Shown here one piece after another: positions 1 through 12,900 of a stretch of DNA of 64,000 nt (position 1 is the first letter of the stretch; each line of letters starts with the position of its first letter). The notes beneath the pieces are model-generated. The model made no database searches, had not been told where the DNA came from, and saw only the letters and a list, made by a program, of their open reading frames with translations. Origin of the DNA: an uncultured Planctomycetaceae bacterium. GTDB lineage: Bacteria > Planctomycetota > Planctomycetia > Pirellulales > PALSA-1355. A program made the position numbers and the translations under genes. The stretch lies in NCBI GenBank assembly GCA_963785305.1, contig CAWAUV010000007.1:1760001-1824000 (forward strand). The letters run 5' to 3'.

Positions 1-2058
1 GCGCTTCGCTCGGATGAACGCGCAACTGGCGGTAATAGTACTCGACCAGATGCGTGGCGCCGGTCCCGTTCACGGCGGCGATAAAATCGTCGACGTTCTC
101 GGCATCCCAGGCGCGAAGGATTCGGGCGGAGCGGCCTTCGTTGTTGTCTTCGAGGCCGCCGGTCAGGAATCGGGGCATGCAGAGATATTCGAGGTAAGCC
201 CGACGCCCGGTCACGGCGCTGAACACACAGGAGTTCCGCGGCATGTGATCCGCCTGGGAGAGAATCACGGCGTCGGGCGGCAGGCCATCGCGCATCGCCA
301 TGAGGGCATTCCATTCCCAGTCGGTAAACATGAGCGGCGCGGTGAGCATGGCGGCCTGCAGTTCGCTGGGCGGCCGCGCGATCTGCCACCCGACCGCCGC
401 GGCCACCAGCAGCGCGAACACCGCCCGCGTTGCCGCCGAGCCCAAGATTCGCCGGGGCCAAGCGGTCGCTTGCCAAAGACCGATCGCCGCGAGCGGCAGC
501 AAATACCAGCCGACGAGATAGAGCGATTGTCCGCCCACGGAGTACATGTCGTAGGTCGTGCAAAGACAGGCGCCGCCGACAAGCGTGCCCACGACGAGCC
601 ACAAGATCGCCGCCGAAAAGGCCCATGCGTCGGCTCGCCAGGTGCTGGGTCGCAGCCAGTGCCAAAGGCTAAGCAGCGTGACCGGGATTCCGGCGATCAT
701 GAGAAACGCGAATCCGACGAGGCCGACGGCTTGCCAGGCGAGATTGAATTGTTCATCGCCGAGCGAATCGCGCAGCCAAGTCCGCGCTGCCTCGGCGCCG
801 GGCCAGGCGGTAACGAACGGGCAATGATGCGCCAGCATGTTGTTTTCGATCGACAATCGAGCCGAATCGGGATAATAGACATCGAGCCGCATTTCCCAAA
901 GCTGCGCCGCCACGCAGAGCCCGCCGAGCACGATCGCCGCGCCCAGCGCCCGTTGCCGCGAGCGATACCACATCAGAATCAGATACGCGACCAGTCCCGG
1001 AAACAGGATCAAAAACGCTTGCACTCGGAACCGCATCACCGTGGCCCCCAAGACCGCCGCGAGCGCCGCCAGCATGCCCGCCGAGCGCCCGAGCGAAAGC
1101 CGCAGTGAGACCTCGAGCACCAAGAGCAACGTGCCCATCACGACCGGCAGTGCGCAATACATTTGCGGGCTACAAAGCACCGACGGCTCGAGCCCGCTCG
1201 TGGCATGGGTATGCCAAGTGAAATAGAAGTATTTGATCTGATTGCTGATGACCGGCGCGAGCGGAATCGCGAAAATATAGACGAGCGTCGCGGCCAAATA
1301 GCCGGCCGAGCGACTGCCGGTGGCGTTGCGGGCGATGCAGAAAAAGAGCAGCGTCAGCAGGATTTCGACCGCCGTGAAGCCGTGGTAATGCAGCGCGCGG
1401 AGCATGTCGGGCTGATCGGCGTAGCGCGAGATGAGCATCGTGGTCACATGCGGAAACATGTGATAGGCGCGCTCCTTGAGTCCGGCGCGGGCCGATTGAT
1501 CGAGCGGCGGAGTGTGGCGGGCGAGCTCGTGCGAGAGCGAGGCCAGATAGGTGGTGTCGCCATGGGTCACGAGTTGGCGACGTCCGTCGGGCAGTGTCGT
1601 GTCGTAGGCTTTGTAGCGATCGCCCACGAGCACGCTGAGCGCCACCACGAGCACGAGCACGCCATCGACCCGGCGCCACTCCCAACGAGACATTGCGAGC
1701 GAGCAAGCGGCCCAGTGTCGCCAGAGCCAACCGGCGCCGGCCGCCGCGGCGCCGAGTTGCAGGGCCGCGAATATGTAGATCGCGCCGGAGCAACCACATC
1801 GAGCGCGCCGCAGGTCGCGTAGCTCGCCGTGGTGAACGCGTAGCTGAGCGTCGCGGCGAGCGTGAGGCGGGTTGTCGCGTTGCTCGTATGTTTGCCCAGC
1901 AGCAGATACGCCACGCCGCCAAAGGGACCCCAGAGGCATATCAAACCGAGCGATGCGCGCACGATCTCGACCGCGCCGCATCCAAGATCGACCAGCGCGC
2001 ACCACGCGAGGCAAGCCAAGCCCGCGAGGGCGCAAACAATCCGCGCCCGATCCGCCAT
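1..2058 (-). CDS. Polytopic membrane protein, possibly GT-C-like; frameshifted and running off the window edge
   Basis: Hydrophobic stretches from MADRARIVCALAGLACLAW (ATG at 2058) continue across several minus-strand frames; no diagnostic motif. Confidence 0.5.
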
Positions 2059-2072
2059 GCCGGTGAACCCAC

Positions 2073-2164
2073 CAGCCTGTTGAAAAATGCCATCGTGGCA
2101 TTTTTCAACTTCGCCAAGCGCCGAGCAAAGTTCGTCGCGGTCTGTTGAATATTTCAAGAGGCTG
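2073..2164. repeat. MITE-like element with terminal inverted repeats and an internal hairpin
   Basis: Ends CAGCCTGTTGAAAA / ATTTCAAGAGGCTG (12/14 inverted match); perfect hairpin GTTGAAAAATGCCA-tcg-TGGCATTTTTCAAC at 2079-2109; related end motif at ~35133-35158. Confidence 0.6.
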
Positions 2165-2228
2165 CCAATGGGCGCCGGGGTCGTAGCAACCTCGGCGGGC
2201 GCGGCGTCACTGGATTGCGAGTTCGCGG

Positions 2229-4152
2229 TCATCGAGTGCTCGCAATCGGGTGGCTGTGAATTTCCGCGAATCGCGGATAGCCCACGATGCCGAGCGCCGC
2301 GACATCGGCCGGCTCCGAAAAGCGGCCTTCATACAGGGCCCAGTCGCGGCCGCGACGCACCAAGCGCATGGCGGTCAGTTCGATCAGCTCGAAGCGATTG
2401 TCGCGGGCGCCATAAAGCGAGCCGGGGAAATGGCCAAACATTCTGACAAGGGGCCGCGAAAAAATTCGGCGCCAGCACTTCCTCGCGCACATAAATGCGA
2501 AAACTTCGGACGCACATGGGCAGCGGCTTGTCCGTGGCGCTTGCGTCGCGACGCATCGCGCGGTCGACCGTGCTCAGGATCACGAAGCCGGCATGATCGC
2601 TGGTGCATTGCTCGCAAAGCGCGTAGTCGACATGCGGCGCCGCGGCGCCCGACGGCCAACGGGCCGGAGTGCCATCGACGGCGCGAATCGAGCGGCCGAT
2701 GCATTTGCTGAAAAACTCGCCGGCGATTTCGGGCCGGTCGGCGCCGAGCCATCAGCGCCAAGTGGTGACGGCGATCGTCGCGTCCGCGGGAATCTCCTCG
2801 CCGAGCCCGGCCGCGAATGCCGCTTCGACCATCGACCGCATCGGCAGATCATTGACTTCGCGCCAGCTCGCGACGACCGCGCGATTCATGTCCAAAGTGA
2901 GCGTCGCGACGATTCCATTGACCAGGGCCAAACTCCAGGCGCATTTGCGCCATTGGCCGGGGAGGACCACGCGCAATTGGGCCAACCCCCAGGCGATGAT
3001 GAGCGCGAGTCCGAAGCATTCGAGATACACGGGCAAATAAGCCGCTCCGACGGCTCGCGCTTGATGCCGCGCGCACATCGCGACACACAGCGCCGGGACG
3101 AGCCAAAGCGCGAGCCCGGCCAGTTTGACCACCGGCTGGGGCATGGCGGTGGATTCGCGATCTTCGGCCACGCGCCGGAGCAGAAACAGGCTCAGGCCCA
3201 CGGCGGCGATGAGCGCCGCCCAGCTTTCCCACTCAAGGGCGATGGTCCAAGGGCGCCAGATCGCGGCGCGATCGGCCGCGCAGAGCGCCAGGTAACCCAG
3301 CGGCGCGGCGCCGCCGGTCTGCGCGGCCCAGGTCTTGAGGATTTTGGGCAGAGACCAGTGGAGCTTGTCCTCGGAGTCGATCGTGTCGGCATGGTGAATT
3401 CGCAGCCAAATGACCAAGATCATTGCGATGAGCGAGAGGAGCAACAACGGTGAAAATCGCCGTAGCGCCACGCGCCAATCGCCGGCGCGGATCCAAAGCG
3501 GAGCCAAGAGCACGAGCGGCAAGCCGTAGCTGGCTTCGTCGGTGACGAGCGCGATTCCATAACAGAGGGCGCAAGCCGCGAGATAGATCGGCCGCGAGGA
3601 GCGGTGATAGGCGTCGATCGCCAGCAATGCCAGCAGCAGCAAGATCGCGATTGCTTGCAATATTCCATGCGACGTGAGAAAAGGATCGTCGTGCATGCGC
3701 ATTTGGTAGAGGAGCGTGAGACACAACACCGAGAGCTGCGCGATCGGCGCTCGGACTTCCCAGCGGAGCAGCAGCCAGTAAAAAAGCGGCAAAACGGCCA
3801 GCGATAGCGCGAGCACCATGCGCTTATGCGTGGCCACGTCGTCGGTGTGGTAAGCCAGATAGGGGCCGGCCACGCTGGCGAGCGGCGTCAAGCGGCCATG
3901 CGATAGATCGCTCCGCAGATTTTCACGTGCGCAAGTCGGCCAGCGAGCAATGTCGCGAACGCAGCAGCCCCGCCACGTTCGATGTGCGCATGTCGTCGCC
4001 CACGAAGGGCGAACTCAAGACCGGCGAGAGAAAGAACCCGGCAAACACGAGCACCGCCAAAAAACCTTCGTGCCGCACCCACGCGCTCGCGGTGCGCGGC
4101 GCCACGAGGTTTCAGACGACACGCGAACGTCGAGCACGGGCGACGCGTTCAT
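2229..4152 (-). CDS. Polytopic membrane protein, GT-C-like, frameshifted
   Basis: Pieces 3923-4105 (N-terminal TM followed by FVGDD, a typical GT-C acidic loop), 2752-3891 (many TMs) and 2229-2492; start approximate. Confidence 0.5.
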
Positions 4153-4449
4153 GAGCGGGGCGCGTTTCTGCGGCAAGGGAAAGGGGGCAAGCCATCCATC
4201 GGAAGCTGGGCGCGGGCTTCCGGCAAGCGGAGGCCGGTTCGGCGAGGGCAGCGCGGATTTTCACCGGGGGCGGGATGCTAGCCGAAATCCACGGACCCGG
4301 CAACCCAGACTTCGCGGCGACTGCAATGCTTGCAACGCGCGAATCTCGCGATGCGCCATGGCGAGGCGGCCAAGAGAGTCCCGCCGCGCAAAACACACGC
4401 GTGCCTTCCAACGTCGATGCCTCGAAAGCACAATCGCTAGCGGCTCTTA

Positions 4450-7400
4450 TCAGGCCGGGATCGCCGTGGCATGATGGGCGGCGCCGTTGCTGCCGACGCT
4501 GGCTCCCACGGGCGAGGGCTCGATCTTGGCGATCTCTTCAAGCAGAATCGCCACCGTGTCGCGAATCTGTTGTTCGCTGTGCTTCGTGGTGATGAAGAAC
4601 CGCAGCCGCGCGGCCCGCTCCTCGACCGCCGGATACAGGATCGGCGCCACATTCACGCCGCGATCGAACATCGCGTTCGACAGCCGCATCGTGAGCTCCG
4701 AATTGCCGAAGATCACGGGCACGATCGGAGTGCCTTCGCTCGGGCCGGTGTTGAGCCCGGCGGCCCGGGCCAGTGAGAGAAATAGGGCTGCCCGCTCGCG
4801 AAGGCGCACAAGCCGCTCGGGTTCGCGCTCGAGCAATTGCAAGGCGGCGAGCGCCGCGGCGGCCACCGGCGGCGACATGCCGTTGGAAAAAACGAAGCTC
4901 GGCACGGTGTATTTGAGGTATTGAATCAGGGCGTGGCCGCCGACGATATAGCCGCCGCAGCTTCCAATGCCCTTGCTGATGGTGCCCATGAGGATGTCGA
5001 CGTCCGAGGCGGGCACATTCCAATGCTCGGTGATGCCGCGACCGGTCCGGCCAAGCACGCCGATCGAGTGCGCCTCGTCGACATAGAGCATTGCCCGATG
5101 CTTGCGCTTGAGGGCGACGAAGGCCGGCAGATCGGAAATGTCGCCGTCCATGCTGTACACGCCTTCGATCGCCACGCACACCCGGCGATACTGCGGCCGA
5201 AGTTCATTGAGCAGCCGCTCGCAGGCGGCCACGTCGTTGTGGGCAAACGGTCTGCGCCGCGCGCCCGAGAGAATCGCGCCTTGCACGATGCTGTTGTGCG
5301 CGAGCGCGTCGTGCAGAATCAGGTCGCCGGCGCCGAACAAATGCCCGATCGTGGACTCGTTCGTCTGGTGTCCCGAGACCATGGTGATGGCGGCTTCGGC
5401 GCCGAGAAACTTGGCGAGATACTCCTCGATATCCAGATGCACCGTCTTCTGCCCCGACACGAGCCGGCTGGCCGACACACCGGTTCCAAATTGATCGATC
5501 GCGGCCTTGGCGGCGGCCGAAACAACGGGATCGCCCGACATGCCCAGGTAGTTGTAGCTGGAAAAGCTGGTCAATTCGCGGCCTGCGATCACCGTCGTGT
5601 CGTCGATCACCGCTTCGTGGACCCGGAAGTAGGGGTTCGGCATTCCCGAGGCGTCGTTGGCGGCGATGGCTGCCTTGAGCTTGATGTATTCGGGAAAAAG
5701 CTCGATGGAATCGTCCGAGGGTTGAATCTCGCGGCGCTCCGCGGCGGGCTTTTCACCGGCGCCCAAATACAGCTCGATCGCGGCGGCCACTTCGCGCGGG
5801 GTCTCGATCGTGGGCAGCACTTCCTCGGGGAAGCGTCCGCCGTAGTGGTCTTCGAGCGAGGCGATGATTTCCATGCGTTCGAGCGAATCGAGTCCGAGCT
5901 CGACGATCGAGGAGTCGATCGTGATATTCGCGGCCCGCTCCTTGCCGACGAGCCGCACATGGCGCATCACCACGGCGGCGATCGCGGCGAGTGATTCGGG
6001 CTTGGCTTCGGGCGCCTTGGGTTCGTCCACGCCATGCGAGCCCACGAACCAGGGACGTTGTTCGTCGCCGAGCGCCTTGCCCGCGGGCGGAGCGCCGCCG
6101 AGGGCGCTTGCTTCGCCGGCCCCGGGGGCGCCGCGCTCCACTGGCCGAGGATTTCCAGCGTGCCATCTAAAAAGCCGCGGCGGCAGGCGTGTCGCTGGAT
6201 TTTACCGCTCGATGTCTTGGGAATGCTGCCGGCCTTGATGAGCGCGATTGCTTCGACATTCAGCTCATGCTCGGCGGCGACTTCCTTGCGAATCGCCTCG
6301 AATACATCGGCCAAGTCCTTGTTTTGCCGGCGCTCGATCTCGGCCACGATCACCAGCCGGTCGCGACCCTCGATCGGCGCAACAAACGCCGCGAATTGCC
6401 CGTAGCGCAGCCGCGGGTGGCAATTGCCGATCGTGGCTTCGATGTCTTGCGGATAATGATTGCGGCCGCGAATGATAATCAGGTCTTTGATGCGTCCGGT
6501 GACGAAGAGCTCGCCGTCGCGTAAAAAGCCGAGGTCGCCGGTGCGCAGGAAGGGCCCCTCGCCGGTGTCGCTCAAATACGCTTGAAACGTATGCGCCGAC
6601 TCCTCGGGGCGATTCCAATATCCTTGCGAAACGCTAGGGCTCGCGACCCAAATCTCGCCCACCCGATCCGGCGCCGCGGTCGCCAGCGTGTCGGGATCGG
6701 CGATCACGAGCCGCTGATCGAGCAACTTGCCGCCGCTGCCCACGAGCTCGATCACGCCGTCTTCATCGGGCGGCGCATCGACGACTTCATTGCTCTCAAG
6801 CGCGCGGGACTCGAAGGAGCGAATCACCGGCGGCGCGGCGCGAAAGCCGCCCGAGACCAGGAGCGTGGCTTCGGCCATGCCGTAGCAGGGATAAAACGCC
6901 TCGCGGCGAAATCCGCAGGGCTCGAAGGTCTTGGTAAACGATTCGATCGTCTCGGCGAGCACCGGCTCGGCGCCATTGAAAGCCAAGCCCCAGCGGCTGA
7001 GGTCGAGCCGGCTCCGTTGCTCGGGCGTGATCTTGCGCACACATAGATCGTAGGCGAAATTGGGGCCGCCGCTGATCGTCGCCTTGTGCTTGGTGATCGC
7101 CTGAAGCCAGCGAAACGGTTTTTGCAGAAACGTGATCGGCGACATCAATACATTGGGCTGACCCAAATAGAGCGGCTGCAAGATGCCGCCGATCAGGCCC
7201 ATGTCGTGATAGCTTGGCAGCCAAAAAACGGCGCTGCCGCTGCGGGTGTGTTCGAAGGCGTAGGCGATCGTCGCCGAGTTGTGCATCAGATTGGCATGGG
7301 TGAGCATCACACCCTTGGGAGTGCCAGTCGAGCCCGAGGTGTATTGCAAAAACGCCAACGTGTCGCCATGCACGTCGGGCGGCCGCCAGTCCTCCGCGAG

Positions 7401-7871
7401 CTTCAGGTCGAGCTGGTCGGTGGCTTGCCAAGCGATGCGTTTCAGGTCGGGCGCCTCGTCGAGCACGAGCTCCACGCGCTCGAGCACCGATGCCACCGTG
7501 AGCGCCACCTTCGCCTGACAATCATCGACGATCGACTGAATCCGATTGAGCGAGCGATTGCGCCGCGGTGGATAGGCGGGCACCGCCACCACTCCGGCAT
7601 AGAGACAGCCGAAATAGGCCGCGATAAAGTCGAGCCCGGCCGGATAAAGGAGCAACGCGCGTTCGCCGGTGAGCCCGCGAGCGGTCAGATAAGCGGCGAT
7701 CGCGCGCGCTTGCTGATCGAGCTGCGAGTACGTGATTACGATCTCTTCGTCTTCGCCATCGACCAAATAGAGGAATGCGCGATCGTGGGCTTGGTGCGAT
7801 GCACGATGCCGAAGCAGGTCGACGAGGTTGGAGGGACCGAAAAAAGATCCCGGCAAATAATCGAGATGCAC
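4450..7871 (-). CDS. Fatty acyl-AMP ligase + acyl carrier protein + PLP alpha-oxoamine synthase (BioF/SPT-like) fusion; one frameshift near 6135
   Basis: FLQYTSGSTGTPKG and YGMAEATL (FAAL), LGLDSL (ACP Ppant serine), SYNYLG, DEAHS and GTISKG (AOS family); ORFs 5967-7871 and 4450-6141 overlap in an Ala/Pro linker. Confidence 0.88.
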
Positions 7872-8299
7872 GGCGGGTTTGGCTCTCTCGGAGTGTGCGG
7901 TTTTGGGCGTCGCCCTCGCGGGCCGCGGGTCACTCGCGACCCCCGGAGCCGGGAGCCGACGGCGAGCGCGGCCGCTCGGGTGGCGTCTCTGTGTATTTCA
8001 CTCATCGGCCGGGATCGTCCCGGGGCAGGACAATTCGTCTCGCCGAAAGGCTCTCGGCCCGCGGCGCCCGCGCTGTTTTCCTTCCATGCCCGAATCGCCG
8101 CGTCGGCGCGAAGTTACGACGACGGCGCGGACATTGCGGTCGGCGGCGGGCCGTTTGACCGCTTGAAAGTACCACTCCGGGTCACAAATTTCAAACGTCC
8201 CGATAATCTAGGGGGAGTTTGCTGGGTGAAAATCGAGCGGGGCGCGATTTTCGGGTCGGATGTTGCAACCGTTTTAGATGGCGCGGTTTAACGCGGGAA

Positions 8300-8524
8300 T
8301 CAGGCCCAATCGAGGCCGGTCGCGTTTCGCACGCGATCTTCGTAGTCGCCGAGCAGCCCGCCGATCACGGCCCAGGCGGCCCGTTGCCGCACCTCGAGAT
8401 CCCCCTGCGGATTGATTCGGAGCAAGCTATGTTCCGTGATGCCGTGCGATTTGAGGGCTTCCATTTCCTCATGGCTCACGATTCGGAGCAGCGTCTTGCC
8501 GCTCATTTCTATGAATTTAATCAC
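8300..8524 (-). CDS. Small conserved hypothetical protein (~74 aa)
   Basis: GTG start, VIKFIEMSGKTLLRIV...GLDWA, protein-like composition. Confidence 0.6.
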   Translation of the reverse strand: MIKFIEMSGKTLLRIVSHEEMEALKSHGITEHSLLRINPQGDLEVRQRAAWAVIGGLLGDYEDRVRNATGLDWA

Positions 8525-8850
8525 GTTGCCGGATTCCCGAGACGAACGCATGTCGCGAGGAGCGCCTCGCAGGCGCTTTGCCGTTCCCATGATAGTTTCG
8601 CGCCCCGTCGGAAACAAGTTTGCCACGACGCCGATCGGGGGGCATCGTGGCGAAAGAGGGCGATGCGAGCTTATCCCGCGGGGATTATCTCGCGGGGCTC
8701 CTCTCAACCGCTCCGCGGGCTCGAGGCCCGCGCGAGCGGGCGACCGAATGCAAGGCCAAACTCGGCTGGCGTGGCCTGGCCGCGCGGATAGAATCATGGG
8801 AACCAATTCGGGATTCGGAATTTATTTGCCCCCGGGCGGAGGCGGCTACT

Positions 8851-9393
8851 TTGTCGATCGACGCAGCGAAGTGTCGCCCCACGTGCGATTTGAAAAACGC
8901 CTCGCTCGCGGCGTTTTTTGCTTGGTTATTGCCCGGCGCCGGGCATTTCTACCAGCGACGCACCGCCAAGGGCCTCTTGTTCATGGTCTCGATCCTGGGC
9001 ACGTTTTTTTTCGGCATGTGGCTTGGCGGGGGACATGTCGTCTACGCCAGTTGGCATTCCGAGGATTGGCGGCTGCCTTATTTGTGCCAAGTCGGCGTGG
9101 GACTTCCCGCGCTGCCGGCCTTGGTGCAAACGGCACTCGTCTCGCGGGGTCACGAACCGTTTTGGGACGGAGCGATGGCTCCCCCGCGGCAAGTTCCCGA
9201 TGATTTGTCGAACTGGGAAAAGAACCCGGCGTTGAAATTCGGTCTGGGCTCGGTTTACACAATGGTGGCGGGCCTGCTCAACATCCTGGCGATCTACGAC
9301 GCCTACGACGGGCCGGCGGTCGCCGAGGAAGAGCCTGAAGAACCCAATGCCGAAGATCGCAAGAAAGGTCCTGGCGGCGGCGCGAAGACCTGA
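8851..9393 (+). CDS. DUF6677-like membrane protein
   Basis: AAFFAWLLPGAGHFYQRR and YTMVAGLLNILAIYDAY motifs; start uncertain. Confidence 0.7.
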   Translation: MSIDAAKCRPTCDLKNASLAAFFAWLLPGAGHFYQRRTAKGLLFMVSILGTFFFGMWLGGGHVVYASWHSEDWRLPYLCQVGVGLPALPALVQTALVSRGHEPFWDGAMAPPRQVPDDLSNWEKNPALKFGLGSVYTMVAGLLNILAIYDAYDGPAVAEEEPEEPNAEDRKKGPGGGAKT

Positions 9394-9475
9394 TCGAATT
9401 GCCCGCGGATGCCCTATATTTCCATTTCCGATCGCCGCGTCGCTCGGCTCCCACGCCCCAAGGCGTCAATAAACC

Positions 9476-9649
9476 ATGCACAATCAACTCTGGTACGCCG
9501 CGCCGCTGATCGTGTCGCTGAGTCTTGTTTATGCCGCGACTCGCCACGAGACCCTCGAGCCGATTCTCTGGCACGCCCTGCGGTTTTCTTTGTGGACGAC
9601 GGGGCTCATGGTCGTGGTCTTCGTGGCGCTCGCGTTCATGACCTGGTGA
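9476..9649 (+). CDS. Small two-TM membrane protein (57 aa), absent from the ORF track
   Basis: Hand translation MHNQLWYAAPLIVSLSLVYAATRHETLEPILWHALRFSLWTTGLMVVVFVALAFMTW*. Confidence 0.7.
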   Translation: MHNQLWYAAPLIVSLSLVYAATRHETLEPILWHALRFSLWTTGLMVVVFVALAFMTW

Positions 9650-9972
9650 GGGCCGCGCCGGCCCGGGCCCTCGCTGCAACGGCGACGCTCCCCTTTCCCC
9701 TCCCCCCGTCCCTTCTATCGGGCGCCCGCGCGACCGTCCTAAAAAAGTTCGGAAAAAACTTGCGGAGATCGCGCGGCGAGGTTACAGTGAGCGCATTCCT
9801 ACGTTGTCCAACGATTTTTTATTAATGGTCCGCGCGCCGTGCCGACGAGCCGCCAACGAATCGAGAAATCCGGTTTACCCCGCCGCATTTCCCGCCCCAT
9901 TGGCGCCGCGATCAGTGCCGAGCTTGCAGCCCATGTGTTCACGCCTTGCCCCCCCACCCAGGCTGAATTGCA

Positions 9973-12900
9973 ATGCATCACACCCTGTCGTTTCGTTTAC
10001 GCTTCGCTCGCCGCGGCCAATGGCTAGCCCTCGCCTTGGCGTCATGCGCGATTTTCTCGCGCACTGCTCGGCGGCGCTGGCCCAAACCGACACTTGGACG
10101 GGCACGACCGATAACACTTGGAACACGGCGAACAACTGGTCCGGCGTCGCCGTGCCCAATCCCGGCGACTCGCTGATCTTCACCTCGGCCACGGGAAGCG
10201 GCGGCCTCGATCTCAATAACAATCTCACGAGCAACGCCTTCAACATCGCCGGAATCACGTTCAACTCCGGCGCGGCCGCCTTTGTGATCGGCGACGGAAC
10301 GAGCAACGCCAACGTCGGCAACGCATTCGCGCTCACCGGCGGCGTCAGCAATCTCGGCACGAACCTCGAGACCATCAACGATCCATTCAGTATGTCGGCG
10401 GTCCAGACGTTCACGATGACTCCTGGCGGAGGCAACCTCACGCTCGGCGGCAGTATCAGCGGCGCCGGCGGCGGCATCACCACCGCCGGAGTCGGCGTCC
10501 TGTCGCTTACCGGCAGCGAAAGCTACACCGGCGCCACCACCGTCGCTGCGGGAACCACGCTCTTGCTTTCCGGCGCCAACTCGCTCACCGGAACCACCAG
10601 CCTCTCGGGCACGCTCGACTTCAATAGCACGACCGCGCTCGGCGCCTCGGCCCTGACGATCAACTCGGGCGCCACGCTCGACAACACCTCCGGCGGCGCG
10701 ATCACGAACGCGAACAGCAGTCTGACGCAAACCTGGGCCGGCAGCTTTACTTTCAACGGCTCGAACGCGCTCAACATGGGCACAGGCGCCGTCACCGTGG
10801 CGTCCGGCGCGAATCCGATCATCACCCTCAATGGCTCGACGCCGATCAACACCAACCTGCCGGTGACCAATGCTACCGGTTCGCTCACCGGCGACACGCT
10901 GACGCTCGGCGGCAATCTGTCCTTGGGCGCCAACAATCTCACCATCGCGGGAACAGGTGGCCTTGTGCTCGCGAGTGGTGGCAACATCGCGGGCACGGGC
11001 ACGCTGACCATCAATTCCGGCGCCGCGCTTCAAGTCGGAAATTTCACCAACGGCTTCTCGATGCCCACTAGCGGCGCGATCACCGACAACGGATCGCTGA
11101 TTTTGCAAAACGGCGGCATCGGGGTGAACAACCAGATTTCCGGCAACGGCAGCATCATCGTCAATGGGGCCAACAACGGCATTAGCTTCGGTGGCTCGCT
11201 GAGTGCCTTTACCGGAACCTGGGTCTTCGACAGCGGGCGTTTATCCGCCGGCGCCACGAGCGCGTTCGGCTCGACCACTCCAGGTAGCTTGCCGTCGATC
11301 GTGATCAATGGCACGAGCTCCGGCGGTGGCCAGATTTATGTCAACGGCGGCGGGCCTTATAGCAACGCGCTCACGATCAACGGCGTCGGGTACTCGGAAG
11401 GCAATGGCAACCTCGGCGCCCTGCGGTTGCAGAACGGCGTTATATGGGCAGGCCCGATCACGCTCGGCAGCAGCGCCAGTATCTCGTCGTTTGCCGGTCC
11501 CTCGTCCATCACGGGCTCGATTTCGGGCCCCTCGAACGCGGTGCTCTCGCTGGGTGGGCCCTTGATCAGCGGCTACTCCCAATTGACCATATCCAACGCC
11601 AGCGGAGCCAACACCTATTCCGGCGGCACCATCGTCGGCAATGGGTATGTCACCGCGAGCTCCGCCGGTGTTCTCGGCTCCGGCCCGGTGACAATTACCG
11701 CCAGCGCCGCGTCCGGTGTCACCAATCCCTCGCTGACGATCGGCGCCGCCAATGTGCTCGGTTACTATGCGGGCACAAGCCCCATTCCGGTGACGATCGC
11801 TTCGGGCGCGGGCGGCATCACCAGTTCGCTGATAATGAACGCCAACGACACCATCGGCGCCTTGAACTTGGGTGGCGCCTCCTCGGCCACGAGCATCGCC
11901 CAGGTCACCGGCGCCGGCACACTGACGCTCGATGGCGCGGTGAACTACAACACCGGCGCCACGAATCCCGGGCCCGCGTTGATCAGCGCTCCGCTCGCCT
12001 GGACCGGAAACGAGAACTTCAACATCACGGCCAGCAGCAATAGTTCGGGCGCCGATCTCACGGTTTCCGGCGTCATTTCCAGCGCGAACGCCAACAGCTT
12101 GAGCGTCAACGGAACCGGCACGCTCGTGCTCTCCGGCGCCAACACATTCTCCGGCGGCGTGACGGTCAACGGCGGCGGACTGGGGCTCGACAACTCCGGA
12201 AGCGGCGGCACGAGTTCGGCGCTCGGAACCGGCGCGCTGACGCTCGCCAGCGGTAGCTCCCTCAATAACTTTTCCAGCAGCGCGGTCACGCTCTCGACCA
12301 ACAATCCGGTGACGATCGCCGGAAACTTCAGCTTCGGCGGCACGCAAAACCTCAACCTCGGCTCCGGCGCCGTGACCGACAACGCCGCCACGCAAACCAT
12401 CACCCTCAACGGCTCGGGCACGACCCTCGCGACCGGCGTTTTGACGAACAATTCCAGCGCCTCGCAAACGATCACCGCCAACATCGGAACCGGAACCGGC
12501 AGCACGCTCGCGCCCGCGGGCTACGCCATGGGCAGCGGTTTCTCGAACACGATCAATGGCTCGGGCGCTGTCACCTTCACCGGCCCGATCACCGATGGCG
12601 GCGTTGGCGGCGCGAGCAGTCTCACCTATAGCGGAACCGGCACGCTCTCGCTCACCTCACCCACTGGCAACAGCTACAACGGCCCCACGGTGTTCAGCGG
12701 CGGCACGGTCGACCTGAGCAACACATCGGGCTCGGCCACCGGCGCCGGCAATGTCACGCTCAATGGCGCCACGCTCATCACCGGCGCCCAGGCCACGATT
12801 GCCGGCTCGCTCACCAGCGGGACGAATAGTTCGTTGATCGCTCCCGGCGGTATTTATATCGCCGGCGGCCCGACCGCCACCTTCGGCACGCTCGATGTCA

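Noticed and set aside
14..1108. Long plus-strand ORF and similar antisense ORFs (e.g. 4837-5994, 27278-28315, 61547-62833)
   Set aside because: Shadow ORFs opposite better-supported genes in high-GC DNA
4450..6141. Annotation as bioF
   Set aside because: Fusion to FAAL/ACP and the absence of other biotin genes make the specific symbol unsupported
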